DNA from: a phage
Length of the DNA: 64,000 nucleotides
Sequence record: QB031382.1
Direction: 5' to 3' (one strand)
This document shows positions 39,279 through 49,255 of this stretch, piece after piece (within the stretch, counting starts at the first letter, position 1; each line of letters begins with the position of its first letter). The translations under genes were made by a program, and so were the position numbers. Below the pieces are notes generated by a model that saw only the letters and a program-made list of their open reading frames with translations, was not told the origin of the DNA and did no database searches.

Positions 39279-39593
39279 GTGGAGTTGGATTTGGCGGCAT
39301 TGTACGGTATCTGCATGGGTACCGTTGTCCCGATCTGTGTATGGGCTTTCAACCAGTGGCACACCAAATGGAAAGGCATTTCCAAGAGGCTGGATGAGCT
39401 GGAGAAAGACCTCATTTTAGTGAAAAATAGCATGGTTACAAAAGATAGACTTGATTCCATTATTGAGACCCGGTTAAGTAAGCTAGAGGCCGATATTAAC
39501 GACCTTAAGCAAGATGTCAGGACAGATGTCTCCGGTATCAGAGCCGATGTGCAAAAGATTTTACACATGCTTGTAGAGCACAGTAAAAGGTAA
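39279..39593 (+). CDS. Small membrane protein with N-terminal TM helix and coiled coil (holin, spanin-like or other)
   Basis: GTG start after AAGAGGAGG. LAALYGICMGTVVPICVWAF hydrophobic helix, then heptad-like coiled coil. Followed by a terminator. Confidence 0.45.
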   Translation: MELDLAALYGICMGTVVPICVWAFNQWHTKWKGISKRLDELEKDLILVKNSMVTKDRLDSIIETRLSKLEADINDLKQDVRTDVSGIRADVQKILHMLVEHSKR

Positions 39594-39603
39594 ACAAAGG
39601 TCA

Positions 39604-39623
39604 GAACGGCAAGGATGCCGTTC
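39604..39623 (+). terminator. Intrinsic terminator overlapping next promoter
   Basis: GAACGGCA / AGGA / TGCCGTTC followed by TTGCATTTTGTT. Confidence 0.5.
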
Positions 39624-39652
39624 TTGCATTTTGTTCTCTAAAGTGTTAAAAT
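39624..39652 (+). promoter_or_regulatory. Sigma70-like promoter
   Basis: TTGCAT, 17-nt spacer, TGTTAAAAT. Confidence 0.45.
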
Positions 39653-39683
39653 AGTCCTTAAGGAATTTTCTCAGGAGAACGTG

Positions 39684-40727
39684 ATGACTAAACCAGTTAT
39701 CCCTCTTGATATTTGGGCCAATCAGGATGTTGTGCTTGAAAATACAGGAGAGTTGAACAAATCTCAACCGAACAAAGAAGAGAGATTGAAAGGTTGGGAT
39801 ATGACACAAAGGATAGCATGTGAAGTTGTTAACTTTGAACTCCACATGCTCTCTGCGTGGCTAAAGCATTTAACAGAAGATGTTGTCCCAGGATGGGATA
39901 ATAGATTCTTAAGGGTCACTAATAATCTGGCAGACGTTCCAGACAAAGCTGCTGCACGTCAAGTTCTCAATGTATACTCGCCTGAAGAAATGGATGACCT
40001 TTATGTTGACAAGGCTGGAGACACAATGATCCAGACTCAAACTTTAGGTCTTCAAAGAATCGAGTTTGCATCCGCGTCAACAGATAGTGCGGCGATATAC
40101 ACCACTATAACTCCAGACAAGACGATGATGGATTTCTGGATTATGGACAACATCGGTGGTGCTGACGGCACAGACCTTGATGATCCCTCTCACCAAATAG
40201 ACGGTTTCCGTTGGAGATTTCAACCTTCTGGTGGGCAGCCTGTGTTTTCGGCTATGAAGCTCAATGCTATAACTGCCAACCGTGCAAGACTGGCTATCCA
40301 AGGAAATCTTGAATGCAATGATGCAAAAAGCTCCTCTGCAAATGCTAATGCGGTAACGATACCTAGAGCCACTGTTAATGGACAACAATCCTGCGGCAGC
40401 GCTCAAATAGATGGAAGAGTAGATTGTAACGATAAAACCGCCAGGGGTCAATATGCAACAGTTGGTGGAAGAAACGTGGTCCGCAGGGTAAATGGTAGTA
40501 GCGCAGACAGTAGTGGTAACCTTACTATTCCTATGCCTAGTAGGGGTGTTGAAGATGTAAGGATAGCAAACCGTTTCAGAACCACCTACAGAGAATCAAG
40601 AGTATACCCTGGGCATGTAATGTGCTCCGGCAATTACGCCTATAAACACCCGTATCAGGGCGACTATTGGACTGGAGCTATTCAAAAATTTGTAAACGGT
40701 CAATGGATCACCATATCTTATGCTTAA
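39684..40727 (+). CDS. Tail fibre protein (paralog B)
   Basis: ATG 39684 after AGGAG (GTG 39681 alternative). Shares the motif set with paralog A but diverges in the central and C-terminal regions. Confidence 0.65.
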   Translation: MTKPVIPLDIWANQDVVLENTGELNKSQPNKEERLKGWDMTQRIACEVVNFELHMLSAWLKHLTEDVVPGWDNRFLRVTNNLADVPDKAAARQVLNVYSPEEMDDLYVDKAGDTMIQTQTLGLQRIEFASASTDSAAIYTTITPDKTMMDFWIMDNIGGADGTDLDDPSHQIDGFRWRFQPSGGQPVFSAMKLNAITANRARLAIQGNLECNDAKSSSANANAVTIPRATVNGQQSCGSAQIDGRVDCNDKTARGQYATVGGRNVVRRVNGSSADSSGNLTIPMPSRGVEDVRIANRFRTTYRESRVYPGHVMCSGNYAYKHPYQGDYWTGAIQKFVNGQWITISYA

Positions 40728-40736
40728 AGAGGGTAA

Positions 40737-41003
40737 ATGAAATTAACTCAGTTTTTATGGGGACTGGTTGCAGCATCTGATGACCCTACAAAAGTGTCCC
40801 AATCTAAGCTATGGTCAAACATAGGCATGGCAGTGATGACTGGGGTGTTTATTCATATGGGGTACAATGATACGCTTCCTGAATGGTATGCGTGGATATA
40901 CGCACCTTCAGTAGCCTGCCCCCAGCTTATTAGCAAATTCATCTCGCTCCGGTGGGGTTGCCAGCACCCTGACCACGTTAAAAACGAAGAGCAAAAAGCT
41001 TAA
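40737..41003 (+). CDS. Small membrane protein (holin-like candidate)
   Basis: 88 aa with two or three hydrophobic segments and a charged C-terminus (HPDHVKNEEQKA). Confidence 0.4.
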   Translation: MKLTQFLWGLVAASDDPTKVSQSKLWSNIGMAVMTGVFIHMGYNDTLPEWYAWIYAPSVACPQLISKFISLRWGCQHPDHVKNEEQKA

Positions 41004-41012
41004 GGAGAAATC

Positions 41013-42758
41013 ATGGCGCAAGACATGACAAGCTTCGAGCAGGCGGTAGATCAAGTAATTGTTGATTCTGAACGTTTGCACTTGATTGTCAACGGTAACG
41101 CTGTGGATGAAGTTGTCGTAGAGGATGGGACCACCATCCCTACGGTACGAAAAGCCATGCTTGACACCCTTTATTTTAAAACGCCACCAATCCCTTGGGC
41201 GTATGGTGCATCCACAACAGTTTTTAACCAGTTATATGAGTTTAAAGGGGACACAGGCCCTCAGTGGTGGTACGCTCCCGCAGCATCAAAATCTAACCCG
41301 GTTAGAATGCCAGCAGATCCTTCACAATCTCCGAACTGGAGATTATATACCGATTCTGCAGTAATGGCAAAATACTACGCAAAACTTAACAGCCCAAGAT
41401 TCGAAGGTGACCCGCGAGTACCTACACCTCCAATGGACGATAAGTCCGAGTCTATAGCAAACACAGAGTTTGTTGTGGACTATGTGGATAGCATATTTAA
41501 AGCCATGGAGGGGATGAAAGTTACTGTAGGGTCTTTGGTGGTAAAAGGTCTTACAGAACTTGCTAACACCATAGTTGGTGGCACCCTTACCTTACATGGG
41601 CCTGTTAATGGAGCGGATTCTACTGCACGCTTCAGGAACCTAATCCTTACTGCAAATACTTCTACACTGACTTTTGCGTGGAGCGATCCTAAGCATGCAG
41701 ACTGGAGAAGCACAGAGCTGCAACCTCATGAAGTAGCCACCCACAGAGTTATAGCTGACACTATAACTTCTGGGAAACCAGTGGCTAATAACAACGATGT
41801 GCATTTTGATGGTCTAGGTAATAACTTTTTTGACTACGTGTACATTCGTGGTAATGCCATGAAGGCAGCAACCGAACCGACATTGCAGGTCGATGGGACC
41901 ACCAGGGTTAAGAACCTTGAGGTGACAGGCACCGTTACAGGAATAACCTACTCTGTAGATGGCACCATGATCTACCCTAGCTATATTGAAAGCACAGGAG
42001 ATGCACTGATCAATGGAGATTTAGAGGTTGGCGGATCTATAGTCATTCGTGGCACAGCATCTGTCCAGAACATATCTTTAAATACTCTGAGGGTGAATGA
42101 GCGTGCCACTTTTGAAGGAGAAGGGCTTACAGCCAACAAAGGTGCAATTACCGAGCTGACAACCACTACTCTAACTGCAACAACTGCAAACTCTGAAAAC
42201 TGCAACGTTACCCGCAACTTGCAGGTAAATGGAGATGTTAGTTTAAACGCAGCAGGTACGGGAACCACTTATCTTCACAACCTTGGAATATCCGGCACGG
42301 TGACTGGGTGGCTGCCAGACTTCTCTAATGTTAACTTTGTCTGCAACGGCATTAACTCCAGTGGTAAGATAACCACCTCTCAAGAAATTGAGGCTGGTAA
42401 AACCATTACTGCCCCTACTTTCCACGCAGGAAAGGTAGATTTTGATTTAGAGGAGGTTGACGCATCTAGTGGGACATGGACACCTAACGGGCAGGCCAGC
42501 ATGTATGTTGTCCACGCGAAAGGGGATTTTACAATAGGCCAATGGCCTGGAACATCGGCTGAAGATAAACCTTACCCGTTTACTGCAATCATCTATGTCA
42601 TTCAAGATGCTGTAGGTCACAACGTGACTTTGCACGATAAGTATGCTATCCTGTCGGCAACACCTGTTATTAACAACAAGGCTAACAGTGTTACCTTGCT
42701 GCAATTAACGTATTGTGGTGTTGGTGATATCGTAGACGTAGTAATTGCACAACGTTAA
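41013..42758 (+). CDS. Tail fibre protein (putative)
   Basis: 581 aa, Thr/Gly/Asn/Val-rich beta-type composition; lies in the fibre cluster. Confidence 0.45.
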   Translation: MAQDMTSFEQAVDQVIVDSERLHLIVNGNAVDEVVVEDGTTIPTVRKAMLDTLYFKTPPIPWAYGASTTVFNQLYEFKGDTGPQWWYAPAASKSNPVRMPADPSQSPNWRLYTDSAVMAKYYAKLNSPRFEGDPRVPTPPMDDKSESIANTEFVVDYVDSIFKAMEGMKVTVGSLVVKGLTELANTIVGGTLTLHGPVNGADSTARFRNLILTANTSTLTFAWSDPKHADWRSTELQPHEVATHRVIADTITSGKPVANNNDVHFDGLGNNFFDYVYIRGNAMKAATEPTLQVDGTTRVKNLEVTGTVTGITYSVDGTMIYPSYIESTGDALINGDLEVGGSIVIRGTASVQNISLNTLRVNERATFEGEGLTANKGAITELTTTTLTATTANSENCNVTRNLQVNGDVSLNAAGTGTTYLHNLGISGTVTGWLPDFSNVNFVCNGINSSGKITTSQEIEAGKTITAPTFHAGKVDFDLEEVDASSGTWTPNGQASMYVVHAKGDFTIGQWPGTSAEDKPYPFTAIIYVIQDAVGHNVTLHDKYAILSATPVINNKANSVTLLQLTYCGVGDIVDVVIAQR

Positions 42759-42766
42759 TATATCTA

Positions 42767-42793
42767 ACCGCTCCTGACGGGGCGGTTTTCTTA
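42767..42793 (+). terminator. Intrinsic terminator
   Basis: ACCGCTCC / TGAC / GGGGCGGT followed by TTTCTT. Confidence 0.45.
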
Positions 42794-42806
42794 TCTGGAG
42801 AACACA

Positions 42807-45800
42807 ATGCTTCCAATCCCTTTGCTAAAACTTGGTCGTCATTTCCTCGATAAGAGGGGTGGAATTAAGGAACTTGCTGTTCTGTCATACCCAATAGACA
42901 ACAGTGATGGCACAAGCACTACAGTACCCTATGTAAATAGCTTAGCTATACTTTTTGATGATGGTCAACTTAATATCACGGGCTATAACAGGTTCGGAGA
43001 GTGCCGTACTGGGGATCTTGACACGATAAACTATCCCAACGAGGCTGCCTGGAACGTTGATCATGTGTGGAGAGCAGACCGTGCGTTTGTAATCCGAACT
43101 TTTGATAATCAGTTTTTCTACATCGGCTGCACTGCAGGGCTTATTGGGTCTGATGCCGCAGGCGGTAATGATGTTTGTGTAAGAGAGTGGACACCTCTTC
43201 CTGAACAGATCGTTAAAGGGTTGCACCTTGACACCCACCCAGAGCGCCTTATTGAGGTGATGGGTGGTATTAACAACACTGTCTGGGTTATTGCAGAGGC
43301 AGAAGGCACTGGTATACTGAACCTGTACGGGTCTGGTAACAACACCTACGGATCTTTGCATGTAGATAAAAATCAGCATGCAACCCCTGTAAAGATCGGT
43401 GAGACATCGGAAAATCCTGAAACAGGCCCTTGGAAAAACCCAAGCATTAACTGCGAGGTGCATGACAACTCTGTTATTTTCGGCGGTCCTAGAGGTTTCT
43501 GGATTGCTGGATACGATTTTCTGAGAAACAACAGTAGAAACGACCTTGTTTGGCCTCCTGTGCAGATTACTCGTAACGATTTGAGGGGCATTCCTGCAGA
43601 TGAGGAGTGGAAAGGGTTTATGTGCGGTCCTAACGGGGCAATAATTGCCACGCAGAGGATGCACACACCCAATGACCAGCAGCTTGTTAACGTATTCTAC
43701 GGGCAAAACGTCTGGGGAGATGACACATGGCGTTCCTTAAATATCACCTACACCCATGAGGTGATAATGGCTCGTGGATACGGCACAAGTGGCATTTTCT
43801 TCAATAATGGCACTAAGCAGTATCGTGGATTCTCTCGCAACTTGTGTAATGATATTGGCGCACAATCTGCAAACAATAGCCCTAGGGCCAATTTTATCCA
43901 CTATCAAGCTCTTGCCACAGCCAAATACGTTGAGCAACGCCTCCCAGTTAGCTGGACAGAGAGTGTTTATTTCCAAGGCATCCACAGGGAAGGTTTCTTA
44001 GGAACCTTTACTGTTGTTAATGGTAAACTTTGGTGGTCAGGCATCCCAAGGGGAAATTTTGCAGGATCTAATAACCTGTTTGGCGGCAGACTTAATAGCC
44101 AAGGGTTCACAGAGGTCCCCGAGAATTGGTATAAAAATGTCCCAGTAGACAGTTGGGGTGTTGAGGATATTTTCGACGTTAACGGTGTTAGCAGCGTTAG
44201 CAATATTTACATTGGTGATACGGTCAAGATGAAATTGAAGCCTCAGCCAGAAGGGGCCACGTTCATTATTGACAAGATTGAACTGGTAAATGCTGCAGGT
44301 ACGGTTGTTACAGATGCAAATTACCAATTCTCTACCAACTGGAACCACGGCGGGGCCAACGAAGTTATTGTTACCCAGTATAACAGGAATGTTAACAGGC
44401 GTGGCCTGTACTCTGTAAAAATAACCTATCATGACAAACATGGCACAGGAAGAACCCACACAACAAGGAATTTGAACTGGAACACTATCGTCCCAGCGTA
44501 TCCGTCTGATGGTAAATGGCATACTGTAGGTAGAAACAAACAGTTCCATGTTAACGACACTGTATACTTTGGACTAAATGCGGCCCAGCCTGCAGTAGAA
44601 GGGGATACATCGTATATGGTCAGACTCCATAGAATGGATGCTGGATCAGTAACTTATGATGTTACCCAAGAGATTTATAATCAGCGACGAAATACCTATG
44701 ATAACTTGGTGCAGACACAGGCCCTATGGGAGTTCAACCCAAACGGAAGGGGTGGTAAAATGTTGCAGGTCAACGAACAAAACGGGACATCGTTGACTGT
44801 TCACGAACACCCAAACCCTTGGCCTGATCCTGGGAAACCGAATTCAGGTGCTCGTACACTAAAAATTGTCAGCCATGACGTAGGATATTTCGGAATACGT
44901 TGGGAAGCCACAGTAAGATATGCCGACGGGACAACAAACAATATTGGGATTACCCTTGGCGGCACCAGTGAGGATAACTCACTGAAAATTGCCTACACTC
45001 CTAGAGGTATTTCTATTGATAATATGGATGTTGTTCGCAATGGTTACGGCGATGTGAATGTCAAAGTTACTCTTGGCGAGCACCTTGGTGGGGAAAGGAT
45101 TATCATGTATGCTTTTGATCATGATCCGCGCACCAATGGAACTTATGCAAATCAGGCATGGAGTTACCTAATAAATGCACCTGAGCCGAATACTAAAGAG
45201 TTCTACTATGGTATGAAGCGAGATGTGTGCAAGAAAACAGGAACACATGACTGGATTGCTATCTGCGTTAAAGATGAGCGCACAGCTTGGGATGAGCCTG
45301 TTAACAGATGGTTCATAGGTATTCCTACCAGAAGTGATAAGTATGTCGCAGAGTATATTGTATGCATGGGCGGTACCAACCTGAACATGTGTTGGAACGA
45401 AGATGTAAACAAATACTCTACTTATGACTATATGAGGGATTATGCTTGTAATCTGTGGTTTAGCCAAACTACAGGTTACCCTCCGCGTCAGGCGAGAGTA
45501 AATCCTGCAATCTTCACAGATACGCAGGTTTTCTTGACAAAACAGGCTAACGAGGTTCAGACCTTTAAGAACAAATACGACCCTAACAAGTGGTTCTACA
45601 ACTGTTCCGGAGCAATATTCTGGGGACCTGCTGAACTGCCTGATACAGGTTCTTGCTTAGGGGCTGCAACCTATGGCAGTGACTATATTATGGGTCAGGT
45701 CAAGAAGTACAAGATAATTCCTGGACCTGCAATTCTAGGTAATGCTGTTGACCCGTACATAAATTTCGCAGCTATACATGCTAATATGGATGGAGGGAGA

Positions 45801-48434
45801 TATCCGTTTGTTGTTCCGTTAAACTGGGGGTACAAACGTGTCGTGATGATTATTAAATGCGATCTGATCGGGAAGCAAGTTCTTGCAGAAAACGGAACCT
45901 CAACACATTTATTCGAGACTGCTCTGCACTACCAGTTTGCAGACTCACCATATGCAGGGGATAAAAGAATATCCGACACAGACTCTAAGCGCTGTAAGAA
46001 AGTTTTACTTGGAGCTGGGTGGTGGTGGTACGAGTTTGATTTGACAGATAAGTTCACAGATGATACCAAAACTCTCACAGGTATCCGTCTGAACCTTGGT
46101 GAGAACATGCATAAAAGTGTTTGTGATGGTACCTACGGTGACCCTACGGTATATCTAAAGTATGTTTCTCTTGAGCATCGCGAAGAGGATGTTTATGGTC
46201 CAAAACTGAGATTGTTTGGCTCATGGATTGCTAAAGACAGAGTAGGTATGGGTAAGAAGGTGAGAGGCTTCTTGATAGATGCAGGGACAGAAGACATGCT
46301 GGTTAATGCAGTATGGCCTGAATTACCAGGAACTCAGTGGGACAACTCTGCCAAATCTATAAACTGGTACAACATTCACAGAGCCATGTGGACCACCAAC
46401 TGCTACTTGTGGAGAGAGCTTAACGATCAGGCTTTCGGCTTCAGTAACGGTAGAAGGATGGCAATCATCTGCTGGACAACGCTGCAAAGATGTTATGACC
46501 ATGACTACGAGATTGGCGGTAGGGCATGGAAAGATATTAGGGATAGAATCATATACAATTTTGCAGATGATAATGGTGGCGGGGCGTATAACTTCGGCAC
46601 AAGCAGGCTCATCCATTTGAACGGATCCTTGGCCTACAAGAAAGAAGGCTACTCTGGGTCCATGATTGAGTGGGGTCTGGTGAAAGATGCTCGCGTATTG
46701 ATGGGTCAACAACTTGCTGCTGCAATAGGACCTAACGCAGTGCAGTCTGTCAAACCAGCGTGGTTCGATATCCCAATATGGTCACCGGGAACTGCGGCAA
46801 TCAACCCTACCACTGGGGATCTGGAAATCTCTTGGGAGGACTTAAAGCAGGTCGGTGGCTGGGATAAGACAGGCTACCAGGTGCAATGGTGGAGATCTGA
46901 CGGATCGTTAGCGGCTGATGAGTTTGTTAAGGACAATTTCTACACCATGTCCTCTGCAAAAGCACAGCAATTGTTTGGTCAGGCCACTCCGTCAACGATC
47001 ACCATGTCCATGTGCTGTAAAGACACCAGGACTGGAGCTCTGGGGCCAAGGGTTGCTAAAGTTTTCTCAGGTATTAAATGGAATCTCCCTGTTCAAGGTG
47101 TTTCATGGAAGCAAATAGGCGATAACAAGCTACTGGTTACTCCTGCCTGCCAGTTCGATGCAACTCTTGACGTTGATCCAGCTGTTGCAGCAAACTCAGC
47201 CAGAGCTTCTGACTTCTCTGTGTCTAACACTGCTATGGCAGATGTGAGAAAGATTGACACACTGAATGCCAGAATTACCTGTAAAAACACTTATGGCACA
47301 TTCCAAATCATCAACAACTTCACAGATACTGATTCTAAGGTGGTGAGGACAGCAAGCCAGACTATGCAGTTGGGTACTCTGGCATACTCTGCCCTGATCA
47401 CTGAACAGTCCTCCACTCTCCAGGGTGGTGGTGTTGGTAAGTTGATCACAACCCCTGTGTGGAAGCCAAACGAGTGGGTTGTGTTTGATTTGACTGTGGA
47501 CTTCTCCAGCGATAATAACTGGACATGGGTGAGGAATTGCTTGTCACAGCTGATGGGTGGCCCAAACTCCATTAGTGATAGCCATGACTCTACTGACCCG
47601 AGTGTGTTCCAGGTTGGTAAAACTCACCCAGAGACTGGGGCACTGTTGCCTGACAGGAAGTATGCTTTGGTTTGCATCTCCAACGGCAAGGCAGATGTAA
47701 CCTTCTCAGGGACACACACATATAACGGCACTTACAACTTCTCTAAAAAGTACAGCCTCAAGGCAGGTAACATTGTAGACGAGGTTGGTGCGTTGTATAA
47801 TCCAGGGAACGGGATAGGGATTGTGGGTGGTAAGCTGCAGATGCAGGAACCTTCTATTACCCCTTCCAATGTGCCAGGAATTAGGAAGACTTGGGAAAGT
47901 AGTGATACCAACATTGCAACAGTGGATGCTACCACAGGGCTGGTAACATTTAAAGCTACTGGGAATGTTACTATAAGGTTTGTAGTTACAGATGATGCAG
48001 GACGCAAAACGTCTTCAACATCGTTTACTGTCAAACAGATGGCACCACAGTGGAGAATGTGGATAGGTACAGCAACAAACGGGGCATATCCTAATCCGGC
48101 AGGGACTTCTGGTATGAAGACTTTCTCTACAAGCAAGCCGATGGAGTACGGCAGCGGTCCTAAGGTAGGGCAGATGGTGTACTTTGGTGCATATATTCCT
48201 GAAATTATAGGGCTTCCGAGAAGTCAGCTTCAGTTGCTGTTTGGGGCTGGTGTTGACGATCTTGCCACTTTCGGGTATAGCGACAACATCGAGGCTGCAA
48301 GGAGTTCAGGATGGGTAGGGTTCAGAATGGAGTCTGGAAAGGAAGGCAGGATTCTAGGGACAGCCTCTATAGGTGTTATGTTCCCTGGTGACCAGCAGTA
48401 TCGTCTGGGAGCCTACGCAACCTTTTCTCGTTAA
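42807..48434 (+). CDS. Giant tail fibre or host-recognition protein with C-terminal Ig-like (Big_2-like) domain
   Basis: 1875 aa, aromatic-rich. Residues encoded ~47855-48035 (TWESSDTNIATVDATTGLVTFKATGNVTIRFVVTDDAGRKTSSTSFTV) fit a Big_2-type Ig-like domain. Confidence 0.5.
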   Translation: MLPIPLLKLGRHFLDKRGGIKELAVLSYPIDNSDGTSTTVPYVNSLAILFDDGQLNITGYNRFGECRTGDLDTINYPNEAAWNVDHVWRADRAFVIRTFDNQFFYIGCTAGLIGSDAAGGNDVCVREWTPLPEQIVKGLHLDTHPERLIEVMGGINNTVWVIAEAEGTGILNLYGSGNNTYGSLHVDKNQHATPVKIGETSENPETGPWKNPSINCEVHDNSVIFGGPRGFWIAGYDFLRNNSRNDLVWPPVQITRNDLRGIPADEEWKGFMCGPNGAIIATQRMHTPNDQQLVNVFYGQNVWGDDTWRSLNITYTHEVIMARGYGTSGIFFNNGTKQYRGFSRNLCNDIGAQSANNSPRANFIHYQALATAKYVEQRLPVSWTESVYFQGIHREGFLGTFTVVNGKLWWSGIPRGNFAGSNNLFGGRLNSQGFTEVPENWYKNVPVDSWGVEDIFDVNGVSSVSNIYIGDTVKMKLKPQPEGATFIIDKIELVNAAGTVVTDANYQFSTNWNHGGANEVIVTQYNRNVNRRGLYSVKITYHDKHGTGRTHTTRNLNWNTIVPAYPSDGKWHTVGRNKQFHVNDTVYFGLNAAQPAVEGDTSYMVRLHRMDAGSVTYDVTQEIYNQRRNTYDNLVQTQALWEFNPNGRGGKMLQVNEQNGTSLTVHEHPNPWPDPGKPNSGARTLKIVSHDVGYFGIRWEATVRYADGTTNNIGITLGGTSEDNSLKIAYTPRGISIDNMDVVRNGYGDVNVKVTLGEHLGGERIIMYAFDHDPRTNGTYANQAWSYLINAPEPNTKEFYYGMKRDVCKKTGTHDWIAICVKDERTAWDEPVNRWFIGIPTRSDKYVAEYIVCMGGTNLNMCWNEDVNKYSTYDYMRDYACNLWFSQTTGYPPRQARVNPAIFTDTQVFLTKQANEVQTFKNKYDPNKWFYNCSGAIFWGPAELPDTGSCLGAATYGSDYIMGQVKKYKIIPGPAILGNAVDPYINFAAIHANMDGGRYPFVVPLNWGYKRVVMIIKCDLIGKQVLAENGTSTHLFETALHYQFADSPYAGDKRISDTDSKRCKKVLLGAGWWWYEFDLTDKFTDDTKTLTGIRLNLGENMHKSVCDGTYGDPTVYLKYVSLEHREEDVYGPKLRLFGSWIAKDRVGMGKKVRGFLIDAGTEDMLVNAVWPELPGTQWDNSAKSINWYNIHRAMWTTNCYLWRELNDQAFGFSNGRRMAIICWTTLQRCYDHDYEIGGRAWKDIRDRIIYNFADDNGGGAYNFGTSRLIHLNGSLAYKKEGYSGSMIEWGLVKDARVLMGQQLAAAIGPNAVQSVKPAWFDIPIWSPGTAAINPTTGDLEISWEDLKQVGGWDKTGYQVQWWRSDGSLAADEFVKDNFYTMSSAKAQQLFGQATPSTITMSMCCKDTRTGALGPRVAKVFSGIKWNLPVQGVSWKQIGDNKLLVTPACQFDATLDVDPAVAANSARASDFSVSNTAMADVRKIDTLNARITCKNTYGTFQIINNFTDTDSKVVRTASQTMQLGTLAYSALITEQSSTLQGGGVGKLITTPVWKPNEWVVFDLTVDFSSDNNWTWVRNCLSQLMGGPNSISDSHDSTDPSVFQVGKTHPETGALLPDRKYALVCISNGKADVTFSGTHTYNGTYNFSKKYSLKAGNIVDEVGALYNPGNGIGIVGGKLQMQEPSITPSNVPGIRKTWESSDTNIATVDATTGLVTFKATGNVTIRFVVTDDAGRKTSSTSFTVKQMAPQWRMWIGTATNGAYPNPAGTSGMKTFSTSKPMEYGSGPKVGQMVYFGAYIPEIIGLPRSQLQLLFGAGVDDLATFGYSDNIEAARSSGWVGFRMESGKEGRILGTASIGVMFPGDQQYRLGAYATFSR

Positions 48435-48443
48435 CAAGGGGTA

Positions 48444-48476
48444 AATAAAAAGGGGCCAAACGGCCCCTTTCTTTTT
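48444..48476. terminator. Bidirectional intrinsic terminator at convergent junction
   Basis: AGGGGCC / AAAC / GGCCCCT flanked by an A-run upstream and T-run downstream. Confidence 0.65.
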
Positions 48477-48480
48477 ATAG

Positions 48481-48681
48481 TTAGTAATACTCCCAACATG
48501 CCCCATCTTCAGACGGCTTGACGCGCTTACCTTTATGGTCAACATAGGTATAGCCACAACCTTCACAAATAACAGGTGCTGCATAGCCTTCCTTCCACTG
48601 ATCCTCAGTGATCAGACCTTCCAAATCTTTGCAGTCAAAGCCAAACAACTCTTCAGAGCAATCTTTACAAAAATCAGCCAT
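48481..48681 (-). CDS. Small zinc-ribbon-like protein
   Basis: 66 aa with CKDC and CEGCG pairs; RBS GAGG; start overlaps upstream stop. Confidence 0.45.
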   Translation of the reverse strand: MADFCKDCSEELFGFDCKDLEGLITEDQWKEGYAAPVICEGCGYTYVDHKGKRVKPSEDGACWEYY

Positions 48682-48684
48682 TTC

Positions 48685-49092
48685 TCAGTCCTCGCATTTA
48701 ACAAATTTTTCTACAGATCCGCCAAGCACAGCTTGTTGCTTGATGGCACTTCCTTCATCATAGTGGATAGATTTATGCTCCGTTCCACCAAACTTCCCTG
48801 TGTGGAAAGTATGCACCCAAATCTCTTTGGGAAGGGATTTATTCTCTTCCTCCACCAACTCCCACATACCCCACAAGTGATCTGTGATATCTCTGATGAA
48901 ATATCCCTCACCAAGATTTGTATTCACACTGTAGGTGGATTTGTGATCTCCGCAAATATAACGGAAGGCAGTGTACTCTTTTCCCGGTGTGAAGTGGGTA
49001 TCCATCAGTATGGCTGTTAGAGAATAAGGGTCTCGAAAGCCCAAGAATTTTAGTTTAACAATTTCGACGTTCACACTTGCAAGATTATCCAT
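48685..49092 (-). CDS. Hypothetical early protein
   Basis: ATG 49092 preceded by AGAGGAGA; the longer ORF to 49167 would start at TTG. Candidate promoter TTGACA-15-TATGAT at 49125-49151. Confidence 0.45.
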   Translation of the reverse strand: MDNLASVNVEIVKLKFLGFRDPYSLTAILMDTHFTPGKEYTAFRYICGDHKSTYSVNTNLGEGYFIRDITDHLWGMWELVEEENKSLPKEIWVHTFHTGKFGGTEHKSIHYDEGSAIKQQAVLGGSVEKFVKCED

Positions 49093-49255
49093 GACAATCT
49101 CCTCTGTTTGGTTGGTGAGATAATCATATATAAGTCTGGTGTTAGTGTCAAGCTTAATTTTAAGCAATTTGAGAAGGTATTTTATTCAGAAGGGTAATCA
49201 CACAGAGGTAGGCAGTTTATGAAGGCACAGGCCTCTTTTGAGGCCTTAAAATCGA

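Noticed and set aside
42942-43706. Long antisense ORFs inside large plus-strand genes (also 16954-17589, 27776-28498, 5690-6133, 44037-44549)
   Set aside because: Each lies wholly inside a stronger sense-strand gene, lacks an RBS, and has odd composition; they read as shadow ORFs.
49093-49167. TTG-initiated extension of the 48685 gene
   Set aside because: An internal ATG at 49092 has a strong AGAGGAGA RBS, and a promoter-like motif lies within the extension.
49229-49246. Hairpin AGGCCTC-TTTT-GAGGCCT as terminator of the 49256 gene
   Set aside because: On the transcribed minus strand it is not followed by a U-run; it may be an RNA structure but is not a convincing intrinsic terminator.
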